Assembly (NCBI GenBank): GCA_943371665.1
Contig: CALRVR020000014.1
Coordinates: 2,267-66,266, forward strand
DNA length: 64,000 nucleotides
From: Synechococcus sp. UW140
Lineage (GTDB): Bacteria > Pseudomonadota > Gammaproteobacteria > Burkholderiales > Burkholderiaceae_C
Direction of reading: 5' to 3'
Under the pieces are notes generated by a model. The model was not told the origin of the DNA, searched no databases, and worked only from the letters and a program-made list of their open reading frames with translations. Below are positions 28,975-37,955 of this stretch, piece by piece; the first letter of the stretch is position 1, and every line of letters starts with the position of its first letter. Made by a program: the position numbers and the translations under genes.

Positions 28975-29727
28975 TCATTCGGCGAACACCCGATTCTTCT
29001 GGATCAGGTCCAGAAAGCCGAGCGATCTGCACAAGAACGCTGTGCGGCAGCAAGGGCGTTCGTTCGCCTCGAGTTGCAGCGCGCCGACGATGTGGTTCTT
29101 CAGGCCCAGCCGAGGATGGCGCTCTACCACCTCTGCGATCTGGTCGCGTTGAAGCACGTCGAGGCCCAACCCTGCCACATCACCACCGGAGCCTGCGCGA
29201 ACCATCTGTGCTTCTTTGCCGTGTTCGTCGCCGATGGTCACGTTCAGGTGCAGGGTGATGGCGTTCGACGTCATGCTGGCGCGCGAGTCGTCCCAATGGT
29301 GCCTGCGGGCCAGCTCGTCGGCCGCCCGCGCGCCAACAATGGTGAAGCAGCTTTCTTCCTGGCCGCGCAGGCGCCACCGATCGGTGAGGCCGATGTCGTG
29401 GAGCATCAGCGCGACGAATACCGCTTCGTCGTCGAACGGCCGCTCGTCCGCGTCGAGCAGACGGGCCCAGAAGTAGGCGCGCAGACAGTGGTTGAACAGG
29501 TACGGAGGGCTGCAATCCCGAGCCATGGCAACCGCATGTCTGGCGATCATCGAATCGGGCGGCAGGATGGATGCCACCTCGCGAAGTCGCTGCCGGGTGC
29601 CGTTGCGAAGGCGTCGCTTCGTCGCATACCTGGCCTGAACGCCCTGTGCAATGAGCGTCAGTTTGTCGTGCCAGGCCAATCGGCCGCCCGTGCGCTCCAT
29701 CCATTTCATTGAACCCAGTGTCGACAT
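28975..29727 (-). CDS. HD-domain protein, cyanamide hydratase (Ddi2/3)-like
   Basis: PDS..., FNHCLR, LHDIG, F...GA, AITLH, D..G, HPR pattern; RBS AAGGA. Confidence 0.75.
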   Translation of the reverse strand: MSTLGSMKWMERTGGRLAWHDKLTLIAQGVQARYATKRRLRNGTRQRLREVASILPPDSMIARHAVAMARDCSPPYLFNHCLRAYFWARLLDADERPFDDEAVFVALMLHDIGLTDRWRLRGQEESCFTIVGARAADELARRHHWDDSRASMTSNAITLHLNVTIGDEHGKEAQMVRAGSGGDVAGLGLDVLQRDQIAEVVERHPRLGLKNHIVGALQLEANERPCCRTAFLCRSLGFLDLIQKNRVFAE

Positions 29728-29867
29728 GACGTTCCTTTGGTGAATCAGATTGAAATGACAGTGCCCATGGATCGACGTGCAAGGTGCACGTCGGTGCACG
29801 CGTTGCGTACGTTGCAGGTGGCAACGGCTTGTGTCTGTTCGATCGGAATTCTGGTTACCATCGTCAT

Positions 29868-29902
29868 TGGCAGCAATGTCAATAACACAACGATTCTTGC
29901 CA
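29868..29902 (-). promoter_or_regulatory. Putative GlxA/AraC operator upstream of the HD gene
   Basis: Minus strand TGGCAAGAATCGTTGTGTTATTGACATTGCTGCCA; 27/35 identical to 30937-30971. Confidence 0.7.
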
Positions 29903-29915
29903 ACCCCTGAAGCGC

Positions 29916-30899
29916 ATGAAAAAGACCATCCAGCAGTCAACACGCAGGCGCGTCGTGATCCTCGTGTTCGAACGTGCCCAGATGCTGGATGTGGCGGGTC
30001 CGGGAGATGTCTTCGCACTCGCCCAGCAACTTGATCCCCTTCAGCGCTACGAGATCACTTGTGTGTCAGCGCGGGGTGGTCCGCTGCCCATGTCCAATGG
30101 ACTGAGCCTGATGACGCGGCCGATCCGGGAAGTCCGCACCAGCTCGATCGACACCCTGGTGGTCGCCGGTGCCGAAAAGGAGGGGCTCAGGTCTGCCATC
30201 AGCGACGAAGAACTTGCCGCCTGGGTGCGAAAGGCGGCGGGGTCTGTCCGCCGACTGGTCTCCGTCTGTGTGGGCTCCTTTGCGCTCGCCCATTGGGGAC
30301 TGCTGGACGGCCGGCGCGCCACCAGCCATTGGTCGGTGGTGGACCTCATGCAAAGCCTGTTCCCGAACGTGTCGGTGGACCGGTCTGCGCTGTTCGTTCA
30401 GGACGGCCATGTCTGGACAGCTGGCGGTGTGACCACGGGCATCGATATGTCCCTGGCACTGCTGGAGGCCGACAGCAGTCGGCTGCTGGCGGGTCAAGTC
30501 GCCGGCGCGCTGGTGATGGCCCAGCGAAGGATCGGCAATCAATCCCAGTACTCGGTGCAGCTGCGGGCCCAGACCGGACGCTACGCCGAGCTGGTCGACT
30601 GGATCGGTGCCAATCTGCACCGCCAGTTGGACATCGCAGTGCTTGCTGCGCGCGCCGGTGAGTCCGAGCGGAGCTTCTGCCGCCGTTTTGCGCTGGAAGC
30701 AGGCGAGCCTCCCGCGCGTTTCGTGGAGACGCTCAGGCTGAGGGCCGCGCGGCAGGCACTGGAGGGCGGCGCGGGTGCAAAGGCGGCTGCGCGCACGGCC
30801 GGCTTCGCCTCGGCCGAGCAGCTGTCCCGGGCTTTCAAGCGGCGGCTGGCGATGTCGCCTCTGGACTATCGACGTCAGCACCAGGGAGCGCAGGCGTGA
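29916..30899 (+). CDS. GlxA/InhR-family (DJ-1 + AraC) transcriptional regulator
   Basis: LDVAGP, SVCVG, GLLDGRRATSHW, TAGGVTTGID, C-terminal AraC HTHs. Confidence 0.92.
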   Translation: MKKTIQQSTRRRVVILVFERAQMLDVAGPGDVFALAQQLDPLQRYEITCVSARGGPLPMSNGLSLMTRPIREVRTSSIDTLVVAGAEKEGLRSAISDEELAAWVRKAAGSVRRLVSVCVGSFALAHWGLLDGRRATSHWSVVDLMQSLFPNVSVDRSALFVQDGHVWTAGGVTTGIDMSLALLEADSSRLLAGQVAGALVMAQRRIGNQSQYSVQLRAQTGRYAELVDWIGANLHRQLDIAVLAARAGESERSFCRRFALEAGEPPARFVETLRLRAARQALEGGAGAKAAARTAGFASAEQLSRAFKRRLAMSPLDYRRQHQGAQA

Positions 30900-30936
30900 G
30901 GCGCTGGCCGAACCGGCTTTGACCACCGCAGCTCTC

Positions 30937-30971
30937 TGGCAGGAAACGTCGCTCTTTTGTCATTGCTGCCA
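30937..30971 (+). promoter_or_regulatory. Putative GlxA/AraC operator upstream of the DJ-1/InhA gene
   Basis: TGGCAGGAAACGTCGCTCTTTTGTCATTGCTGCCA; matches the 29868-29902 site in the same orientation relative to its gene. Confidence 0.7.
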
Positions 30972-31023
30972 CGGAGGGTCCCCGCCCACAATGCCCCACG
31001 CCCCCCAACCAAAGGCATCGACG

Positions 31024-31686
31024 ATGGAACGATTGAAGGTCGGCTTTCTGCTTTTCCCCCACCTGACACAGCTCGACCTGACCGGGCCTGCCCAGGTCTT
31101 CGCCACCACACCGGCAACCCGAGTGCACCTCGTGTGGAAGGACCTTCGGCCAGTCGACAGTGACGCGGGTGTCTCGCTCCTTCCGACCGACACCTTTCGA
31201 GATTGCGGGCAAATGGACCTGATCTGCGTGCCCGGCGGACCGGGTCAGGCCCGCTGGATGCAGGACCGCGAAGTGCTGGATTGGCTGGCGACCCAGGGCG
31301 CCGGCGCGCAATGGGTGACCAGCGTGTGCTCGGGCTCGTTGCTGCTGGGCGCGGCGGGGCTGCTCAAGGGTTACCGCGCTGCCAGTCATTGGGCTTACCG
31401 GGACCATCTCTCCCGCTTTGGTGCCGTTCCGGATGCTTCCCGGGTGTGCCGGGACCGCAACCGGATCACAGGTGGCGGTGTGACCGCCGGCATCGACATG
31501 GCGTTGACGGTCGTGGCCGAGCTCTTCGGAGAATCCGAGGCCATGAAGGTGCAGCTTTTGCTGGAGTACGCGCCGCAGCCCCCGTTCGACTGCGGCCGCC
31601 CCGAGTTGGCCGGCGCAGAGATCACCAAAGCGGTGAAGTCACGGCTCGATGCGCTGCAGCAGAAATCAGAGGAGGCGATGGGATGA
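31024..31686 (+). CDS. DJ-1/PfpI family protein, isonitrile hydratase (InhA/ICH)-like
   Basis: TQLDLTGP, CVPGG, TSVCSG, TGGGVTAGID, LEYAPQPPFDCG hallmarks. Confidence 0.85.
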   Translation: MERLKVGFLLFPHLTQLDLTGPAQVFATTPATRVHLVWKDLRPVDSDAGVSLLPTDTFRDCGQMDLICVPGGPGQARWMQDREVLDWLATQGAGAQWVTSVCSGSLLLGAAGLLKGYRAASHWAYRDHLSRFGAVPDASRVCRDRNRITGGGVTAGIDMALTVVAELFGESEAMKVQLLLEYAPQPPFDCGRPELAGAEITKAVKSRLDALQQKSEEAMG

Positions 31687-32729
31687 CCGGGAGCACGGCC
31701 AGCGCATGGGCTGAAAGGCACGCCAGTCCTCCTCGCATCGTTCCATGGCAGGGTCGGCGTACCGGCCCGCGCCAGGGGCTCGCTGATTTTTTTTCGTGGC
31801 TCCGGCACCTGAATCATCTGGCCGTTGCGACGTTCATGGTGGGCTTCGCCTGTCCCGCCGCTGCAGCCGATCCGGCGTCTGCGGCGGGGGGCGATGGGTG
31901 TCGCAGCCAGGGCATGCCGCGCGTCGTCACCGAGGTTTACACCCAGATCCCCGGCGTCGATCCGAGGCACCACGCCCTGGACATTCACACACCGATCCGC
32001 AACGAAGCGTGCCCGCCGACGCCGGTGGTGGTCTACTTTCATGGTGGCGGGTATGTGATGGGCGACAAGGCCAACCAGCTGACCGACAAGGTTGCACTGT
32101 TTTCGGGTTCGGGGTGGACGTTCGTCAGCGCCAACTACCGGTTGTCACCAAAGCCGGACGGGGCCGAGGAAGCCCGGTCCACGTACCCGGACGCGCAGAA
32201 CGACGCGGCGGCCGCCGTGGCCCACCTGGTCCGGCACGCGCTCCGGCTGAACATCGATCCGTCGAGGATCGTGCTGATGGGACATTCGGCGGGGGCACAC
32301 CTGGCGGCCTTGGTGTCGACCGACAGACGCCATCTCGCCGCCGCCGGCATCGGCAATCAGCGCATCCGGTGCACGGTCGTGCTCGACACGGACGCCTACG
32401 ACCTGCCCGAGCTGATCCGGCGCGGTGGTGACAGGCGCAACGTGTTCAGGAATGCGATCGGCTCTGGAATGGCGGAGCTTGAAGCCGCATCGCCCATGCG
32501 CCACGTGAGCGCAGGGGTTCCTCCTCATTTCATCGTGGCCCGAGGGTCTCAAGTCAGGCGAGACCAGGCCCAGGCCTACCACTCGGCGGTCCAGGCGTTT
32601 GCGCCCGAGGCGCAGTTGCTCACGGTCCGCGGTTACACGCATGCCGAGGTGAACTCGGCCATCGGCAAGCCGGGCGAAACCACCGTCACCGTTCCCTTGA
32701 TGGCGTTTCTTCGCCGATGTGCCTCGTGA
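31683..32729 (+). CDS. Alpha/beta hydrolase (HSL-type carboxylesterase), probably secreted
   Basis: HGGG, NYRL, GHSAG and C-terminal His; start uncertain (ATGA overlap at 31683 or later ATG 31837). Confidence 0.8.
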   Translation: MTGSTASAWAERHASPPRIVPWQGRRTGPRQGLADFFSWLRHLNHLAVATFMVGFACPAAAADPASAAGGDGCRSQGMPRVVTEVYTQIPGVDPRHHALDIHTPIRNEACPPTPVVVYFHGGGYVMGDKANQLTDKVALFSGSGWTFVSANYRLSPKPDGAEEARSTYPDAQNDAAAAVAHLVRHALRLNIDPSRIVLMGHSAGAHLAALVSTDRRHLAAAGIGNQRIRCTVVLDTDAYDLPELIRRGGDRRNVFRNAIGSGMAELEAASPMRHVSAGVPPHFIVARGSQVRRDQAQAYHSAVQAFAPEAQLLTVRGYTHAEVNSAIGKPGETTVTVPLMAFLRRCAS

Positions 32730-33453
32730 AGCCGACGGCATGCCCGGCTTGGCCGTCCCGATCGGACCGCTGTCCTGCCTTTGCGCCAGCGGACGCGATT
32801 CGCCGGGACAGGGCCGATCCACGTGCCGACAGAAACTGGCGCAGCAGTGTCGGGTAATCCGGCCCGACCGCCTGGGCCACCGATGACCGCTCGGCCAGGG
32901 CGGCACGCCATCGGCGCACTTTGGGCAGACCGTCGGTGAAGCCGAAATCGTCGATGGCCTCGAATGCATCGAAATAGCGGAAGACCGGGCCGAACGCCGC
33001 ATCCACGACCGAGAACGCCGCACCTGCGAAGTAAGGCCCACTGTCCAGAACCCGCTCGACCTGCTCCAGACGTTGGCGAACATCCCGCGCCCTGGCCTGC
33101 AGCGCCACGTCATCGGGTGAGCCATAGAACGCACCGATCGATTGCAACAAGGAGGATCCGAACTCCACCCAGGACCGGTGCCTGGCCCGGTCCAGCGGAT
33201 CCTTCGGGTGAAGGTGAGGCGCAGCCACTTCTTCGAGGTACTCGCAGATCACTGCCGACTCGAAAATGGCCTCGCTCCCCACCATCAGCACAGGCGTCTT
33301 TCCCAGGGGCGACACCTTCAGGAACCAGTCCGGCTTGTTCGCGAGGTCGATGTGCACTTGCCTGAAAGGCAGTCTTTTCTCCCGAAGCACGATGGCTGCC
33401 CGCTGCACGTAGGGGCAAAGCTGGTGCGACACCAGCACAAAGGATGGGCTCAT
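32686..33453 (-). CDS. Glutathione S-transferase family protein
   Basis: LCPYVQR, SPLGKTPVL, IFESAVICEYL. Confidence 0.9.
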   Translation of the reverse strand: MSPSFVLVSHQLCPYVQRAAIVLREKRLPFRQVHIDLANKPDWFLKVSPLGKTPVLMVGSEAIFESAVICEYLEEVAAPHLHPKDPLDRARHRSWVEFGSSLLQSIGAFYGSPDDVALQARARDVRQRLEQVERVLDSGPYFAGAAFSVVDAAFGPVFRYFDAFEAIDDFGFTDGLPKVRRWRAALAERSSVAQAVGPDYPTLLRQFLSARGSALSRRIASAGAKAGQRSDRDGQAGHAVGFTRHIGEETPSRER

Positions 33454-33496
33454 GGGGTGGTCTCCGAGTTGGGGGGCGAAACGGCTGTGCGGCAGG

Positions 33497-33925
33497 TCAG
33501 GTGCCGGCGCGCCCCGGGACCAGCCAGTTGCTGCGCTTGACTGCGGCCACGCCATCACCCAGCAGCCACAGGGCCACCGATGCGGCGATCAGGAACACGG
33601 GGTACTCCCAACCGCCGCCGGGTGCGGTGTGAAGCCAGCCGTTGGGTACATGCACCCACGCGGCCACGACCATCACCGGCACCAGGGCGAGCGCGGTCTG
33701 GCGGGCATAGATGCCGAGCACCAATGCGATCCCGCCCACGAGCTCGGCGGCGAAGACCGGATAGGCCAGAAAGCCTGCAAAGCCGATGCTTTCGAAATAC
33801 TGCGCAGTTCCCGCCAACGAGAACACCAGCAGTTTGAGCAAGGCGTGTGCGATCCACATGGTCCCCAGGCTGACGCGAAGAACCGCGATGCCCAGCGGCA
33901 CGGACGACGAGTTGGTTGTGTTCAA
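33497..33925 (-). CDS. DoxX family membrane protein
   Basis: LRVSLG..AHALLK, GGGWEYP, GDG; TTG start after GGAG. Confidence 0.85.
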   Translation of the reverse strand: MNTTNSSSVPLGIAVLRVSLGTMWIAHALLKLLVFSLAGTAQYFESIGFAGFLAYPVFAAELVGGIALVLGIYARQTALALVPVMVVAAWVHVPNGWLHTAPGGGWEYPVFLIAASVALWLLGDGVAAVKRSNWLVPGRAGT

Positions 33926-34004
33926 GAGATGACTCCAGAAAAGTTGAGCAGGCCCTGACTTTAGGATTGCAAAATGGAATATGAAATAGGATGATCTGCA
34001 GAAA

Positions 34005-34889
34005 ATGATTGCAAGAACGCAATACAGAATTTCCCCTGGCGACCTCGAAGTCACGCTGGCGCTGGTCCGGGGTGGGACCCTGGCGTCGGCCGGTGAGCGC
34101 CTTGGGGTGGATGCGTCCACTGTCTTCCGGTCCCTGCAGCGGATCGAACGTGGACTGGGGCGTCCCCTCTTCGCGAGGACGCGCTCGGGTTACCTGCCCA
34201 CGGAGCTCGCCACCACGTTGGCCGAGCATGCCGAGCAGATGGAAGTCTCACTCGAGGCGGCCCGTTCCTCGGTGGAATCGTCGCCGTCACAAGTGTCCGG
34301 TGCGGTGCGAATCACCACCACCGACACCATCCTGCATGGCGTTCTGGCCCCCGCGTTGCTCAGTCTTCAGGCGGTTCATCCGCTGCTGAGTTTCGAGCTC
34401 CACACGGGCAATGAGCTTGCCAGTCTCACCCGACGCGATGCCGACATTGCCCTGCGCGCCACCAGCAAGCCGCCTCAGCACCTGATCGGCAAGGTCATCG
34501 GACCGATCCGGGTGGCCCTGTATGCGGCCAGGGGGAGCGACACGAAGAGCCTCTCGGACGTCGAGTCGGGACGGTGCGACTGGATTGCACCCGACGATGC
34601 ATTGCCAGACCACCCTTCGGTGGTCTGGCGCAAACGCCGCTTCCCGAAAGTGGTGCCGCGGTATCGCGTCGCCAGCATCCAGTCGGTGCTCGAACTGACC
34701 GCGCGGGGTCTGGGTGTGGGCGTGGTGCCGATGTTTCTTGCCGAGGGCCGGGCCGATGTGGTGCCGCTGACGAAAGCGCTGGACGAGGCCCGGACGGACC
34801 TCTGGCTGCTGACCCACCATGAATCGCGGCATTTGCGCCGGGTGGGGACGGTCTACACCCACCTGTCTCAGCAGTTGCGCCTGGTGTGA
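34005..34889 (+). CDS. LysR-family regulator
   Basis: N-terminal HTH (AGERLGVDASTVFR), LTRRDADIALR; divergent from doxX. Confidence 0.92.
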   Translation: MIARTQYRISPGDLEVTLALVRGGTLASAGERLGVDASTVFRSLQRIERGLGRPLFARTRSGYLPTELATTLAEHAEQMEVSLEAARSSVESSPSQVSGAVRITTTDTILHGVLAPALLSLQAVHPLLSFELHTGNELASLTRRDADIALRATSKPPQHLIGKVIGPIRVALYAARGSDTKSLSDVESGRCDWIAPDDALPDHPSVVWRKRRFPKVVPRYRVASIQSVLELTARGLGVGVVPMFLAEGRADVVPLTKALDEARTDLWLLTHHESRHLRRVGTVYTHLSQQLRLV

Positions 34890-34910
34890 ACCTGCGTTCG
34901 GAACGGTGGT

Positions 34911-35822
34911 TCAGGTCGCCCGCTCCAGCCAGCGCACCTTCACCAGCCCCGTCGACAGCGCGGTACCGGTGACGATGACCAGCCCGCAGACCACCATCCA
35001 GGCGCTGATGGTTTCGCCGAGGAACAGCGCGCCGTAGCCGAGGGCGAACACGGGGATCAGGAAGGTCACGGTCAGTGCCTTCGACGGGCCGGCGCGCTCG
35101 ATCAGGTGAAAGTACAGGATGTAGGCGATGGCCGTGCACAGCACCGCGAGCGCGGCGATGGCGAACCAGGCGGTGGCACTGGGCGATGCCGAGGGCCAGA
35201 GCCACCAGGTGGGCAACGCCAGCGCCATGCCGGCGCCGATCTGGCTGCCGGTGGCCGATGCCAGCGGTTGCACGCCGGTGAGGAAGCGCTTGGTGAAGCT
35301 GGCGGCGATGCCGTAGCACAGCGTGGCCAGCAGACAGGCGCCCATGGCCAGCAGCGACAGGGTGTGCCCGCCGGCGACGACCATGCCGCGGGCGTCCACC
35401 CCCGATTTGCCCAGCACCAGCAAGGTCACGCCCGCGAACCCGATGGCCAGACCGAGCACCCGCGATCCGCCCGGCCGGTCCTTGAGCCAGAGCCAGGCCA
35501 CCACGGCACCGGTGAGCGGCACGGTGGCGTTGAGGATGGCCGACACCCCGGTGGGAATGTGCAGCACGGCAAACGAGAACAACAGGAACGGCAGCCCGGA
35601 GTTGAGCATGCCCACGCTCAGGATCGGACGCCAGTGCGCCGCGAAGTCCGATCGCACGGCGGGCTTGAGCAGCAGCGGCATCAGGCAGATGGCCGCGATG
35701 GCGACTCGCAGACCTGCGGTGGCCACCGGGCCGAACTCGGTGGCGCCCAGGCGCATGAACAGGAATGAAGCGCCCCAAAGAGCGGCAAGCACAATGAATT
35801 CGAGCAGAAGCAGGGGCGTCAT
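34911..35822 (-). CDS. DMT/EamA family transporter
   Basis: LWGASFLF..., about 10 hydrophobic segments, TFLIPVF..FLGE. Confidence 0.9.
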   Translation of the reverse strand: MTPLLLLEFIVLAALWGASFLFMRLGATEFGPVATAGLRVAIAAICLMPLLLKPAVRSDFAAHWRPILSVGMLNSGLPFLLFSFAVLHIPTGVSAILNATVPLTGAVVAWLWLKDRPGGSRVLGLAIGFAGVTLLVLGKSGVDARGMVVAGGHTLSLLAMGACLLATLCYGIAASFTKRFLTGVQPLASATGSQIGAGMALALPTWWLWPSASPSATAWFAIAALAVLCTAIAYILYFHLIERAGPSKALTVTFLIPVFALGYGALFLGETISAWMVVCGLVIVTGTALSTGLVKVRWLERAT

Positions 35823-36337
35823 GCGGAGATGGGTTGTTGGCCGGATTCGAGTTGGAGCAGGGCGGCTTTGCGGGGAAGCCCGCCTGCGTAGCCGGTGAGT
35901 TCGCCGCTGGCACCCAACACTCGGTGGCAGGGAACGATGATGCCGATCGGGTTGCGCCCGACCGCGGCGGCCACGGCGCGCACGGCGCGCGGTGCGTTGA
36001 GCCGCCGGGCCAGGTCGCCATAGGTCAGGGTTCGGCCCGGCCCGATGCCTTGCAACGCCTGCCACACCGATTGCTGGAAGGGCGTGCCGAGCGACAGGTC
36101 GAGAGGCAGCGAAAAGTCGGCTCGCCGCCGCGCGAAATAGTCGGCGAGTTGTTCCGCCGTTTCGCGCAGCACGGGATGGTCGCCCTGCACCCGCCATTGA
36201 GCCATCACCAGCGGGTCGGGCGCGTGCTTCTGGTCGCGGAACCAGACGCCGACCAGGGCCTGCTCGCTGGCGGCAAGGCGCATGCGGCCGAGCGGCGTGT
36301 CGATGTCGGTGCGGCAGAGGTGGGTGGGCAGTTTCAT
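35819..36337 (-). CDS. ogt: Methylated-DNA-protein-cysteine S-methyltransferase
   Basis: GTPFQ, NPIGIIVPCHRV active site. Confidence 0.95.
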   Translation of the reverse strand: MKLPTHLCRTDIDTPLGRMRLAASEQALVGVWFRDQKHAPDPLVMAQWRVQGDHPVLRETAEQLADYFARRRADFSLPLDLSLGTPFQQSVWQALQGIGPGRTLTYGDLARRLNAPRAVRAVAAAVGRNPIGIIVPCHRVLGASGELTGYAGGLPRKAALLQLESGQQPISA

Positions 36338-37833
36338 GGGTGTGTTCCAGGAGGGGTGTGCAGGCCGGACCAGGCGCGCAGCACGGCGTAGCTGCGCCAT
36401 GGGCGCCAGCGCTGTGAGTGCCCGTCGCAGGCGCGCTCCCGCGCGCGCGGCGAGCCTTCGATGCCGAGCGCGTGGTGCAGGGCGACATCACCCGCGGGCC
36501 AGGCGTCGGGCCACCGCAGCGCACGCATCGCGATGTAATGCGCTGTCCAGGCGCCGATGCCCGGCAGGCCCTGCAGCGTGTCGATGGTGCGGGCAGGATC
36601 GGCGTGGGGGCTCAGGTCGAGGGCGCCGCCCGCCACCGTCCTGGCCAGCGCCTGAATGGCCGCCTGCCGTTGCCGCACGACGCCCAGCTGGCCCAACGCA
36701 TCCGGGTTGGCCTCGGCCAGGGCCCAGGGGGTGGGAAACAGCCGGTTCAGGGTCGGGTCTGGCGTGGACACGGCTTCGCCAAAGCGGGTGACCAGTCGGC
36801 CTGCCAGCGTGCGTGCCGCGGCCACGGTCACCTGCTGGCCGAGCACCGCGCGCACCGCGAGTTCGAAGCCGTCGATGGCACCGGGCACGCGCAACCCGGT
36901 GCCACCAGGAAAGTCGGTGCGCAGCACGGCGTCGATCGCCAGTGGATCGGCGTCCAGATCGCACAGCGCGCGCACCCGCCAGATCAGGCCGGGCAGGGCC
37001 GGCAGCAGATCGTCGCTGGCGTGCAGCCAGACGCGGTGGCGCCCGGGTTCGAAATGCAGACCGAACCAGCCTGTGCGCTCCCCCCCGGTGCCCGGCAGAC
37101 GCACCGTGCGCCAGTAGCGCAGTTGGTCGAGGTCGATCGCATCCACGCCCGGGAGCAGCCGATCCGCGAGAAAGCGAAGCAGGGCGTGCACGTCCAGCGG
37201 GGGGCGCCACCCAAGGGCGACCGCCTGACTCGACGCCGCGCCGCCGGCGCGCCGCAGCGCGGTCGGGCTCAGGCCGTAGTGATCCCGGAACGCGGCGTTG
37301 AAGCGCCGAAGGCTGGCAAAACCGCTGGCCTGCGCCACCGCCGTCACCGGCAGGGCGGTGTCGGCCAGCAATTGCTTGGCCGCCAGCAAACGCCGCGTGT
37401 GCAGCACCTGCAGCGGCGACACGCCCATCCGCGCCTCGAACACCCGCCTCAGATGACGGTCACTCACGCCCAGCCGGCTGGCCAGTCGCTGTACCGTCGG
37501 CCCGTCGTCGCCCAGCCACTGGGATGGATCGTCGAGCAGCCGGGAGGCGTGCTGCACCAGCAGGTCGCCCGCGTCCTGGGTGGACCAGCTGCGGGCCTGG
37601 GGGGCCAGTTCGGGGCGGCAGCGCAGGCAGGGCCTGAAGCCGGCGCGCTCGGCCTGGGCCGCGTGGTCGAAAAACCGGCAATTGGCGCGCCGCGGCGTGC
37701 GCACCGCACAGACCGGACGGCAATAAATGCCGGTGGAGGTCACGCCGGTGAAAAAGCGCCCGTCGAAGCGCGCGTCGCGCGTGCACAACGCCAGATAGCG
37801 CGCGTCGTCGTCGATGGTGGGGGCCGTGTCCAT
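36334..37833 (-). CDS. alkA: AdaA-AlkA fusion (Ada Zn domain/AraC + DNA-3-methyladenine glycosylase II)
   Basis: RDARFDG, TGIYCRPVC, FRPCLRCRP, LPGIGAWTA HhH, WRPWRSYA; start 37833 or 37842. Confidence 0.92.
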   Translation of the reverse strand: MDTAPTIDDDARYLALCTRDARFDGRFFTGVTSTGIYCRPVCAVRTPRRANCRFFDHAAQAERAGFRPCLRCRPELAPQARSWSTQDAGDLLVQHASRLLDDPSQWLGDDGPTVQRLASRLGVSDRHLRRVFEARMGVSPLQVLHTRRLLAAKQLLADTALPVTAVAQASGFASLRRFNAAFRDHYGLSPTALRRAGGAASSQAVALGWRPPLDVHALLRFLADRLLPGVDAIDLDQLRYWRTVRLPGTGGERTGWFGLHFEPGRHRVWLHASDDLLPALPGLIWRVRALCDLDADPLAIDAVLRTDFPGGTGLRVPGAIDGFELAVRAVLGQQVTVAAARTLAGRLVTRFGEAVSTPDPTLNRLFPTPWALAEANPDALGQLGVVRQRQAAIQALARTVAGGALDLSPHADPARTIDTLQGLPGIGAWTAHYIAMRALRWPDAWPAGDVALHHALGIEGSPRARERACDGHSQRWRPWRSYAVLRAWSGLHTPPGTHP

Positions 37834-37955
37834 GGCTGTCATGGTAGGGCAGTGGGATCGGCGCGACTCGCCGTTTCCGGACATCATCATTTCCGGCCGT
37901 CGCAGCGGCGGCTTCCTACAATGGTTGCTTTGCCAACCCCCAAGGGAGTTCCTGC

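Noticed and set aside
32686-32729. Convergent overlap of the esterase and GST 3' ends
   Set aside because: Short tail overlap, most simply explained by stop-codon drift in the GST gene
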